Shown: positions 1 through 8,095 of the stretch, in pieces
How the letters are laid out: each line of letters starts with the position of its first letter
How positions within the stretch are numbered: the stretch's first letter is position 1
Assembly (NCBI GenBank): GCA_964495635.1
Contig: CAZBXF010000003.1
Span: 1 to 55,911, forward strand
Reading direction: 5' to 3'
Source: an uncultured Phycisphaeraceae bacterium
GTDB taxonomy: Bacteria; Planctomycetota; Phycisphaerae; Phycisphaerales; UBA1924
DNA: 55,911 nucleotides
Translations under genes and position numbers: made by a program
Notes under the pieces: model-generated
The model's database searches: none
The model's input: only the letters and a program-made list of their open reading frames with translations
What the model was told of the DNA's origin: nothing

Positions 1-369
1 GGGCGGTGAGCCGACCAACTCAACGCGTCGAATGCGGTCGGCCTTCAGATCAGCTGCCGGAGCGAAGGAGAAGGAGATTCGTCCGCGTTCTAGTACGACC
101 AGACGGGGCATCAACAAATAGTTACCACCGACGACGGCCACAAAGAGCAGCGGCCAGACAGTGATCAGCAGAAGCTGAGGCCAGGGAAGGAACATTGCTG
201 GAAACGTCCACAGGATGTACGCGGACGAAGCGGCGAGGAACAAGGCGGGAATGCCGATCACCTTCGCCCAGAGCGAAGGCCGATTGAGGCCCATCGCCCG
301 CATCTCCGCAAGCGCCCGTCGTCGGTTCGCGTAGTGAGGCTCCCACCAACTGACTCGATCAACTTGCAT
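1..369 (-). CDS. hypothetical membrane protein, 3' end cut by window edge (ORF absent from supplied track)
   Basis: Hand translation of the reverse strand from the ATG at 369..367 gives 123 codons with no stop down to position 1: MQVDRVSWWEPHYANRRRALAEMRAMGLNRPSLWAKVIGIPALFLAASSAYILWTFPAMFLPWPQLLLITVWPLLFVAVVGGNYLLMPRLVVLERGRISF... It has two clear hydrophobic helices and is divergent from rnr. No family recognised. Confidence 0.4.
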   Translation of the reverse strand, partial: MQVDRVSWWEPHYANRRRALAEMRAMGLNRPSLWAKVIGIPALFLAASSAYILWTFPAMFLPWPQLLLITVWPLLFVAVVGGNYLLMPRLVVLERGRISFSFAPAADLKADRIRRVELVGSPP

Positions 370-552
370 GGCTCTGAATGGTACGGTTGGGAGCAGCAGC
401 ACAAAGGCACCCGAACGAGGAGTCCAGCCCTGCGGCCCATCGCTCCTGATGCAGTTGCGTCCGTCGCCTCGACAGGACAGCCCGGAGAGGCCCTGCGAAT
501 TGTGGCGTACGTCCGCCGAACCTGACCCGCCCCTGCGACGTACGATCTGCAC

Positions 553-3036
553 ATGACCGATCGTTACGAACGCAGAGTCCTAGATCACGTCCGACACTCC
601 ACCTACACGCCGCGACGCATTGCGGAACTGGCCGATGACCTTGGTGTCCCTGGCGAAGACCGCGAGCTTTTCGCGGGCGTCGTCAAGGGCCTTGTTGAAG
701 CAGGCAAGCTCGAGATGGGCCAGGGAGGCGGGGGCGGGCTTGTGAGCCTGCTGAGCCTCGCGACCCTCGCCGCACGCGGCGATGGCACCGTGATCGGGAC
801 CTTCCGCAAGAACCTCCGCGGCTTTGGCTTTGTCAGCACGAAGGAGCCCGTCAAGGAGGGCAACGTCTTCATCCCGGCCGACGCGACCGGCGATGCGCTC
901 TCGGGCGACGTTGTCCGCATCACCTTCGCTCGAGACCGGCGCAGCCCCGGCGGCGACGGCTACGCCGGCACCATCGTCGAGGTCGTCCAACGCAAGAAGA
1001 GCAGCTACACCGGCACGATCCAGAAGCGCGGCGGGCAGTGGATCGCCGTTCCGGATGGAAAGCAGATCTCTCAGCCCATCGTCGTGCGCGATGCGGAGTC
1101 CAAGAACGTCAAGGAGGGCGACAAGGTCGTCCTCGAGCTCACGCTCTGGCCCGAGGGAGATTACCTCGGCGAGGGCGTGATCGTGCGTGTGCTCGGCGAG
1201 GCGGGCCGGCCGGACGTCGAGACCCAGGCCGTCATCGCGGCGTACAACCTGCCCGGCGAGTTCCCCGAGGCCTGTGTCGATCAGGCGCGCGAGGCGGCGG
1301 GGATGTTCGAGGAGGAGATCGCGCGATACGTCACAGAGGGCCCGAAGGCCCTTGATGGACGTGAGGACCTCACCGAAGAGTTCATCATCACGATCGATCC
1401 GCCCGACGCCAAGGACTACGACGATGCGATCCACATCAAGCGTGTGGACAACATCGAGGGTGGCGGCTGGGAAGTGGGCGTGCACATCGCGGACGTTGCC
1501 CACTACATCAAGCGCGGCAGTCCGCTCGACATTGAGGCGATGGACCGGGCCAACTCGTGCTACCTGCCGCGCCACGTGATTCCGATGCTGCCTGAGGTGC
1601 TGAGCAACGGCATCTGCTCGCTGCAGGAGGGCGTGCACCGCTACTGCAAGTCGGCGTACATGATCTACGACTCGCACGGCAACATCCGCGGCGAGCGCGT
1701 CTCGCAGACGCTGATCAAGTCCGCCAAGCGTCTGACGTACCTTGAGGCGCAGGCCCTGATCGATGGCGACATCGACGAGGCCCGCAAGCACGCGAAGACG
1801 CCGCCGCGATACACGGACCAGCTCATCGAGACGCTGCAGGAAATGAACAAGTGCGCCAGGGCCATCCAGGGCCGGCGCAACCGCAGGGGGATGATCGTCC
1901 TTGACCTGCCCGATGTCGTGCTGATCTACGACGAGCACGGGCATGTCGTGGATGCCGAGCGCGAGGACGACGCGTTCACGCACAAGCTGATTGAGATGTT
2001 CATGGTCGAGGCCAACGAGGTCCTCGCGAGGCTCTTTGAGGGGCTGAGGGTGCCGCTGCTGCGCCGCATCCACCCGGATCCGGTCCCCGGCGACGTCGAC
2101 AAGATGCGCCAGACGGCGATGGTCGCGGGCTTCAAGATCCCCAAGAACCCCACGCGCGAGGAACTCCAGAACCTCCTCAACGCCACGCGCGGCACCCCCC
2201 AGGCCCGCGCCGTCCACCTCGCCGTGCTGCGGACGCTGAGCAAGGCCGAGTACAGCCCCGCGCTGATCGGGCACTTTGCCCTCGCGAGCGAGGCGTACGC
2301 GCACTTCACAAGCCCGATCCGGCGTTACGCGGATCTCACGGTCCATCGAGCGCTTGCCGAGTATCTCAAGCGCACCGAGAACGGCAGCAAGCGTCCACGA
2401 TCGGACGCGGAGAAGCACCGCCTGGGTGAAGATCTCCTCCGCACCAAGGCGTGCCCGAGTGAGGATGAGCTCACGGAGATCGGTCGCAACGCCACCATGC
2501 GTGAGGTGAACGCCGAGCAGGCCGAGAAGGAGCTGCGGAGCTTCCTGGTGCTGCAGCTTCTTGAGAAGCGCGTCGGCGAGGTCTTCAAGGGTGTCGTTAC
2601 CGGCATCTCGCCGCGAGGCATCTATGTGCAGCTCGACAAGTTCCTCGCTGATGGCTTTGTGAAGAGCGAGGACCTGCCCGGCGACGTGACCCGGGAGAAC
2701 CTGACGCCGATCTGGCGCGTGGATCCCAAGAGCGGCGCGCTCGTGGACATTCGAAGTGGACGCAGCTTCAACTTTGGTGATCTGATCAGCGTCAAGATCG
2801 CGAACGTTGACCTTGCTAAGCGACAGCTTGACCTCGTCGTCGACGACGCCGAACGCCGCGCGGGTGGGAAGATCAAGGTCATCGCGCCCAAGCCCGGCGG
2901 CCTCGGCGGCGGCTTCGTCGGCAAGGGTGCGGGCTTTGGCGATGGCGGCAAGTCATCGCGCACGGGCTCACAGAAGCGCAGCATGCGGAGCAAGGCTCGG
3001 GACCAGCGGAAGAAAGAGCACCGTCGCGATACGTGA
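553..3036 (+). CDS. rnr: ribonuclease R (3'-5' exoribonuclease, RNB family)
   Basis: 827-aa ORF starting at ATG 553. Shows an N-terminal OB/cold-shock-like segment (LRGFGFVS), the RNB catalytic motif ITIDPPDAKDYDDAIHI, a C-terminal S1 domain (FKGVVTGISPRGIYVQL) and a Lys/Arg-rich tail. Confidence 0.95.
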   Translation: MTDRYERRVLDHVRHSTYTPRRIAELADDLGVPGEDRELFAGVVKGLVEAGKLEMGQGGGGGLVSLLSLATLAARGDGTVIGTFRKNLRGFGFVSTKEPVKEGNVFIPADATGDALSGDVVRITFARDRRSPGGDGYAGTIVEVVQRKKSSYTGTIQKRGGQWIAVPDGKQISQPIVVRDAESKNVKEGDKVVLELTLWPEGDYLGEGVIVRVLGEAGRPDVETQAVIAAYNLPGEFPEACVDQAREAAGMFEEEIARYVTEGPKALDGREDLTEEFIITIDPPDAKDYDDAIHIKRVDNIEGGGWEVGVHIADVAHYIKRGSPLDIEAMDRANSCYLPRHVIPMLPEVLSNGICSLQEGVHRYCKSAYMIYDSHGNIRGERVSQTLIKSAKRLTYLEAQALIDGDIDEARKHAKTPPRYTDQLIETLQEMNKCARAIQGRRNRRGMIVLDLPDVVLIYDEHGHVVDAEREDDAFTHKLIEMFMVEANEVLARLFEGLRVPLLRRIHPDPVPGDVDKMRQTAMVAGFKIPKNPTREELQNLLNATRGTPQARAVHLAVLRTLSKAEYSPALIGHFALASEAYAHFTSPIRRYADLTVHRALAEYLKRTENGSKRPRSDAEKHRLGEDLLRTKACPSEDELTEIGRNATMREVNAEQAEKELRSFLVLQLLEKRVGEVFKGVVTGISPRGIYVQLDKFLADGFVKSEDLPGDVTRENLTPIWRVDPKSGALVDIRSGRSFNFGDLISVKIANVDLAKRQLDLVVDDAERRAGGKIKVIAPKPGGLGGGFVGKGAGFGDGGKSSRTGSQKRSMRSKARDQRKKEHRRDT

Positions 3037-3234
3037 GGGCGTGTGAGTCTGCTCACCCGGTAGCGGCCGCGCCGAGACGAAGCTCGCCATGGTCTGAGAC
3101 GACGGCGACTGACACGACCTCGCGACCACCCAATCAGGCTAAGTAGTTTCCACCAGTTGACGCCACTGTGGCGGAAGAAAGTTTTTCCTCAGAGACTTAC
3201 CGGGGGAAATTCTGGGCAATCTGGCGTGATGCGA

Positions 3235-3263
3235 TTGACAAGTTAGGCAATCGCCGTCATGAT
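3235..3263 (+). promoter_or_regulatory. candidate sigma70-like promoter (TTGACA-17 nt-CATGAT) upstream of the response regulator
   Basis: TTGACA at 3235..3240, a 17-nt spacer, then CATGAT at 3258..3263 (4/6 match to TATAAT). Sequence pattern only. Confidence 0.25.
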
Positions 3264-3312
3264 GATGGCTGAGCGGTTCGCGCATCCTCGTGACCGCTCC
3301 GGAGCACTCGAG

Positions 3313-3972
3313 ATGATCGAGGGCAACCCCATTCGGGTTCTGCTCGCCGACGATCACGGCATGCTGAGGGGCTCCCTCGGCTCGATCATCGACGAGACGC
3401 CGGGCATGACGCTCACTGGCGCGGTGACGAACGCTGACGACGCGCTGGACGTGTGTCTGCGTGAGCAGCCCGACGTCGTGATCCTGGACGTCGACATGCC
3501 CGGTGCGCCGTTTGATGTGGCAAGAACGATCATCGCTCGATGTCCGCGGACGAGCCCGATGTTTCTTTCCGCCCACGCGCACGACCGGTACATCGAGGCG
3601 GCGCTGAAGTCGGGCGCGCGGGCATATGTCAGCAAGGCGGACACGCCGGAGACGCTGCTGCAGGCCATCCGGCACGCGGCGGCGGGGCGGTGGTTTTTCT
3701 CGGCGGACATCCGCGACCGCATCGTGGTGGAGGAGGACGGGGTGCGGCTGCGGGACGGTGCTGGCGGGAAGCTCGCCGCGCTCACGACGCGTGAGATCGA
3801 GGTGCTCCGGTTCGTCGCGCAGGGGCTCTCCAAGAAGGAAATCGCGGAGAAGCTGCACCTGTCTGTCAAGACCGTCGAGAACCACGCGACGAATCTGATG
3901 AACCGGCTGAAGATCCACGACCGCGTCGAACTGACGCGCATGGCCATCCGCGAAGGGCTCGTAGAGGCCTAG
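3313..3972 (+). CDS. two-component response regulator, NarL/FixJ family (REC + LuxR/GerE HTH)
   Basis: REC motifs IRVLLADDH and VVILDVDMPG, plus the HTH LTTREIEVLRFVAQGLSKKEIAEKLHLSVKTVENHATNLMNRL. The ORF opens at 3259 (ATGATGATG). I chose the ATG at 3313 because it has GGAG 8 nt upstream and lies downstream of the promoter-like element; 3259 remains possible. Confidence 0.9.
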   Translation: MIEGNPIRVLLADDHGMLRGSLGSIIDETPGMTLTGAVTNADDALDVCLREQPDVVILDVDMPGAPFDVARTIIARCPRTSPMFLSAHAHDRYIEAALKSGARAYVSKADTPETLLQAIRHAAAGRWFFSADIRDRIVVEEDGVRLRDGAGGKLAALTTREIEVLRFVAQGLSKKEIAEKLHLSVKTVENHATNLMNRLKIHDRVELTRMAIREGLVEA

Positions 3973-4025
3973 GCCGACCTTCTGGAATTCCTGATTAACA
4001 TCTCAAGAACGGGATGAGCTCCCCA

Positions 4026-4042
4026 CACAGGGACTCCCTGTG
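4026..4042 (+). terminator. short hairpin downstream of the response regulator (weak terminator candidate)
   Basis: CACAGGG-ACT-CCCTGTG forms a perfect 7-bp stem. No T-tract follows it. Confidence 0.2.
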
Positions 4043-4181
4043 CCGTTCCAACCACCGGATGTCACGGCAGCCGCCGCAACCTGTGTGCCTGCAACAGTTT
4101 CAGGTACTTCCATCATGGATATGAAACCCCAATTGAAGGTCGGTGTAGGACCGGGACCTTCCGAGTGACGAATGATAATGT

Positions 4182-4475
4182 GTGGGAACCTTCATTACTA
4201 CCGTCGAACCTCCCAAGGCTGGCTCTCGCGAGTACGCGACCATGATCCTCGCTTCGCGTCCGGATCTGGCGAAACAGGTGAGCCCGGCCCAGCGTGCAGT
4301 GCTTGAGTTGCTCCTCACCTCGCTCTCCGAGCCGGAGATTGCCGAGGTGCTGGGTCGAAGCAAACACACGATTCACGACCACACGAAATCCATCTACCAG
4401 GCCCTCAAGGTGAACAGCCGCGTCGGCCTGGTGCTGCTGTTCACGCAGCTGCCCCAGCCCGCCGCGGTCGCCTGA
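4182..4475 (+). CDS. small stand-alone LuxR/GerE-type HTH transcription regulator
   Basis: HTH segment AQRAVLELLLTSLSEPEIAEVLGRSKHTIHDHTKSIYQALKVNSRVGLVLL. The track start at 4182 is GTG; an in-frame ATG at 4242 would give a 77-aa GerE-sized protein. Confidence 0.6.
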   Translation: MGTFITTVEPPKAGSREYATMILASRPDLAKQVSPAQRAVLELLLTSLSEPEIAEVLGRSKHTIHDHTKSIYQALKVNSRVGLVLLFTQLPQPAAVA

Positions 4476-4743
4476 CACGGCGGATGCGGGTACGGCCCCT
4501 CGGGGCGGGTGAGATTCGGCGTAGCGCTGCTCGGGACCGCTCGCCGCGCTTGTGGCGTTCCGGGCCGAAGGCGAGCCCGCCACGGCCACCATCCGCCGCG
4601 TTCGGCTTGCCTGCCGCGACCGCGGCGAGCTGACCGGAAAACCGCCGGGCCACGCAGCCGAAGAACCCGTGGTACGCTACTGCAGCGACTCGAGCCGCGG
4701 ATGGAAGCCGCGGTCTTGTCGCCCAGATCGAGGGTTGAGAAAC

Positions 4744-5949
4744 ATGCACACCACGTTGCTTGCTGGTCGGCTGGCCTCTCGTTTCGCTCGGGTTTCGGGC
4801 TTGGCCGGGAGGGGAGACTGGAATCGCGGGGGCTCAGGCCTCCTGCGTCCGGCGTTGTGGGTCGCCGCGGGCTCGCTGGCGCTGTCGCCTGTGGCCCTCG
4901 CTCAGGAGCAGGTGACCGAGGATGGCGTGATCGCGGGGACGATGTCGATCACGTTCAACACCCACACGAACAAGGACACTACCGGTGACCTGGTCGCGGG
5001 CTCGGCTGCGATGGGCACCAAGGACGTCTACAAGTTCGACCTCACGGTCGCGAAGACGACCAACTTCGCGGGCGAGATCACCCGCCAGCCGAACCTCTAC
5101 ACCGCGACGCTGCGCCGCCGCAAGCAGGACGCGGAACTGGCCTACGCGGTGGATCTGGCGGTGATGAACCCGCGCGACCTCAAGCAGCGGCGTGTCGTGG
5201 GCAAGTGGGTGGGGCGCGTCCCGATCGACCAGGCCTCGGGGGCCTTCGACCTCGCGGGCGGCTCGGCGAAGGACTCACCCTTGCGGATCGCCGTCGACAC
5301 CGTCGGGAAGGCCCAGGGCTTCGAGGAGCGCTTCGGCGGGCGCCTGGTGGGCAAGGCGGAGAAGAAGGACGGGCTTGCGGGCTACACGTACAAGCGCCTC
5401 GTCGGCGGGAAGGAAGTCAGCCTGGTTGTCAAGCGTTCGGACCCGATGCGCTTTGAGAACATCCAGCTGGCGATGGGCCCGGCGAGCATCTATCCGCGCA
5501 CGATCGTCTCCGGGCGGCTCGACTACGACTACGAGACGGGCAACTGGATCACCGACGGGATCCGCTTCCGTTACTCGCTCGACGGCAAGGAGATCGAGGA
5601 CATCGTGACGGGCACGATCAAGTGGGTCGAGGATCCGGACCGCGCGTCCAACGGCAAGGGCTACTACGACTTCAACCTCCGCTTCAACGAAGAGAAGAAC
5701 AAGTCCGCCACCGGCGAGGGCGCCGCCTTCGAGGGGGCCGCGGGAGAGGACGCCTTCTTCGCCGTGGATAACTCGATCCCATGCCTCACGGGCCGCATCA
5801 GCTACACCGACAGCTTCGCGTCGGACGGTGAGACGGTGACCACCAGCCAGATCGTCTACGACCTGGATGCCAACAAGCTCACCAAGCAGCAGATCGTGAA
5901 CTTCTTCAAGCTCTGGCTGCTCTGCGTCGGCCCGACGAATGACGAGTGA
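4744..5949 (+). CDS. hypothetical secreted protein
   Basis: The in-frame ATG at 4744 (GAGGG upstream) gives a signal-like N-terminus ending ...ALWVAAGSLALSPVALAQEQ. The body is a beta-rich, non-repetitive sequence with coding-like G/C third positions. The upstream part of ORF 4552.. is Arg/Pro-rich and looks non-coding. No family recognised. Confidence 0.6.
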   Translation: MHTTLLAGRLASRFARVSGLAGRGDWNRGGSGLLRPALWVAAGSLALSPVALAQEQVTEDGVIAGTMSITFNTHTNKDTTGDLVAGSAAMGTKDVYKFDLTVAKTTNFAGEITRQPNLYTATLRRRKQDAELAYAVDLAVMNPRDLKQRRVVGKWVGRVPIDQASGAFDLAGGSAKDSPLRIAVDTVGKAQGFEERFGGRLVGKAEKKDGLAGYTYKRLVGGKEVSLVVKRSDPMRFENIQLAMGPASIYPRTIVSGRLDYDYETGNWITDGIRFRYSLDGKEIEDIVTGTIKWVEDPDRASNGKGYYDFNLRFNEEKNKSATGEGAAFEGAAGEDAFFAVDNSIPCLTGRISYTDSFASDGETVTTSQIVYDLDANKLTKQQIVNFFKLWLLCVGPTNDE

Positions 5950-5950
5950 A

Positions 5951-5977
5951 CAGGCACTGGGCATCAGGCACTGGGCA
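5951..5977. repeat. 14-bp-period tandem direct repeat (CAGGCACTGGGCA x2) in the intergenic region
   Basis: CAGGCACTGGGCA at 5951..5963 and again at 5965..5977, separated by a single T. It lies directly after the stop at 5949 and about 90 nt upstream of the amine oxidase start. Confidence 0.8.
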
Positions 5978-6069
5978 CTAAGGAAGACAGAAACCATCGG
6001 ATCATGCACCAACGGCCTGACCTGCGCAGCCTTGTGCAGGTCAGGCCTCTTCGTTCGGCGATCAACACC

Positions 6070-7542
6070 ATGAAAAGCATCTCATCGCTCCTGCGTGCGA
6101 AGTTTGGGCCCAAGGTCACGCGTGAAGACCGCCGCCACGCGCTCCGCGTGACGCTTGCGGCCTCCGCCGGGCTGCTGCTCTCCGGCCCTGCTGCGCTCGC
6201 GCGTCGGGCGGGTGCTGGCAAGAGTGTCGTTGTCGTGGGTGCCGGCTTCGCCGGGCTCGCTGCGGCGTACGAGCTCACCAGCGCGGGATATGACGTGACA
6301 GTCATCGACGCGCGCAATCGCGTCGGTGGGCGCGTGCTGTCGGTCAAGGACTTCGTCCCCGGCCGCAACATCGAGGCGGGGGCCGAGCTCATCGGATCCA
6401 ACCACCCCGCCTGGGTCGCCTATGCCGACAAGTTCGGGCTCGAGTTCCTGGATGTCTCTGAGGATGCCGAGTCCGACTTCCCCATCGTGCTCGGCGGCAA
6501 GCTCCTCTCCTTCGAGGAGTCCGCCAAGCTCTGGGAGGAGCTCGAGGAGGCCCACGCGCTGATGAACGACGACGCGCGCCCCATCGACGCGGACGAGCCC
6601 TGGAAGAGCCCCAACGCCGAGGCGCTCGACAAGCGCAGCCTCAAGGACTGGATCGAAGCGCAGAAGATCTCCGATCGTTGCCGCCAGGCGCTGATCATCG
6701 AGAACGCCGCGAACAACGGCGTTGACAACGCCCGGGCCAGCTACCTCGGCATGCTCACCGCCGTCAAGGGCGGGGGGATCGAGAAGTACTGGTCCGACAG
6801 CGAGGTCTACCGCTGCAAGGGCGGCAACCAGCAGCTTGCGCAGAAGCTCAGCGAGCCCTTCAAGCAGCGGCTGGTTCTGGGGCTCGCGGTGACCGAGATC
6901 GCGCCCAAGGGCAGCGGCATGGTGGTGACGTGCAAGGATGGCCGCACGATCGAGTGCGATGACGTGATCCTCGCCGTCCCCCCCACCACCTGGAAGAAGA
7001 TCGACCTCAAGGTCGGTCTCCCCGCTGCGCTGACGCCGCAGATGGGGATCAACACGAAGTATCTGACGCACGTGAAGCGTCGCTTCTGGAAGGACACCAA
7101 CCTCTCGCAGTACGCCCTCACCGACGGCGATGTGGCGATGACCTGGGACGGCACGGACGGCGTCGAGGGTGATGAGAACGCGTGTCTGACGGTCTTCGCC
7201 GGCGCCGCCGCGGCAGAGGCCGCCCGCAATCGCACTCCCGAGGAGCGCACCGCCGAGTACGGACGCGAACTCGAAGCGATGTACAAGGGCTTCGGCGAGA
7301 ATCGCGTCGCCAGCCGCTGGATGGACTGGCCCAGCGATCCATGGTGTCTCGCGGGCTACTCCTTCCCCGCGCCCGGGCAGGTCACGACCGTCGGCCCCGC
7401 GCTCGCCAAGGGGGTCGGCCGACTGCACTTCGCGGGCGAGCACTGCTCGTACAAGTTCGTGGGGTACATGGAAGGCGGCCTCCAGTCCGGCATCGCGGCG
7501 GCACGTCGCATCGCTGCGCGCGATGGCGTGACGCTGCGATAG
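6070..7542 (+). CDS. flavin-containing amine oxidase family protein (possibly Tat-exported)
   Basis: FAD dinucleotide-binding motif VVVVGAGFAGLAAAYELTSAGYDVTVIDARNRVGGRV and the C-terminal amine-oxidase-type segment LHFAGEHCS. The ATG at 6070 gives an N-terminus with RRHALRVTLAASAGLLLSGPAALA (twin-Arg-like). Confidence 0.85.
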   Translation: MKSISSLLRAKFGPKVTREDRRHALRVTLAASAGLLLSGPAALARRAGAGKSVVVVGAGFAGLAAAYELTSAGYDVTVIDARNRVGGRVLSVKDFVPGRNIEAGAELIGSNHPAWVAYADKFGLEFLDVSEDAESDFPIVLGGKLLSFEESAKLWEELEEAHALMNDDARPIDADEPWKSPNAEALDKRSLKDWIEAQKISDRCRQALIIENAANNGVDNARASYLGMLTAVKGGGIEKYWSDSEVYRCKGGNQQLAQKLSEPFKQRLVLGLAVTEIAPKGSGMVVTCKDGRTIECDDVILAVPPTTWKKIDLKVGLPAALTPQMGINTKYLTHVKRRFWKDTNLSQYALTDGDVAMTWDGTDGVEGDENACLTVFAGAAAAEAARNRTPEERTAEYGRELEAMYKGFGENRVASRWMDWPSDPWCLAGYSFPAPGQVTTVGPALAKGVGRLHFAGEHCSYKFVGYMEGGLQSGIAAARRIAARDGVTLR

Positions 7543-7657
7543 ACATCAGCCTGCCTGGGCGGACCTGGGTTTCCTGGGTGGGCCGACGGTCCCCTTCGGT
7601 GCTTGTGGTGCGCACTATCCTTCCTCCGAGTCTCCCGTCTCGGAAGGAGTGATCGCC

Positions 7658-8089
7658 TTGCAGAAGAGCCACACGGTCCATCGCCTCGCTCTTGCGGTCG
7701 TGCTCTGCCTTGCCTCCGCGACATCACTGCCCGGCTGCTCGAAGGAAGCTGCAGCGCCCGAGAAACCCGCGGCCGTCGCACCAACACCGGGCGATCGCAC
7801 CTACACGACGCGCGGCCGCATCACGCAGCTCCCGCTCAAGGGTGATGCACGCCTTGGCCTGCGCATCACGCACGAGGAGATTCCAGACTTCCTCGACCGG
7901 ACCGGAAAGGTCGTGGGGATGAAGGCGCACGACATGGGCTTCCCGTGGGTTGCGGATGGCGTGTCGCTCGATGGATTTGCCATCGACGACATCGTCGAGC
8001 TCACGTTCGAGGTGCGCTTCAATGCCGATGAACGGCACGTGCTGACGAAGCTCACGAAGCTGCCGCCCGAGACGCCGCTCAAGCTCTGA
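7658..8089 (+). CDS. hypothetical lipoprotein (small beta-rich domain, CusF-like fold possible)
   Basis: Lipobox LASATSLPG-C-S after a hydrophobic stretch. GGAAGGAG at 7643..7650 lies 7 nt before the TTG at 7658; the track start GTG 7649 overlaps that SD. The C-terminal segment MKAHDMGFPW..IVELTFEV is only weakly reminiscent of CusF. Confidence 0.6.
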   Translation: MQKSHTVHRLALAVVLCLASATSLPGCSKEAAAPEKPAAVAPTPGDRTYTTRGRITQLPLKGDARLGLRITHEEIPDFLDRTGKVVGMKAHDMGFPWVADGVSLDGFAIDDIVELTFEVRFNADERHVLTKLTKLPPETPLKL

Positions 8090-8095
8090 CGCAGA

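Noticed and set aside
580-2418. 612-aa minus-strand ORF inside rnr
   Set aside because: It is antisense to the RNase R gene, which has unambiguous catalytic motifs. The product is Arg/Leu/Asp/Gly-rich and featureless.
6082-7443. 453-aa minus-strand ORF
   Set aside because: It is antisense to the flavin amine oxidase gene, with low-complexity composition and no recognisable motif.
7554-7578. Three CCTGGG hexamers at roughly 10-bp spacing after the amine oxidase stop
   Set aside because: A short GC-rich hexamer repeated three times is plausible by chance in this composition. There is no dyad symmetry or flanking feature to support a function.
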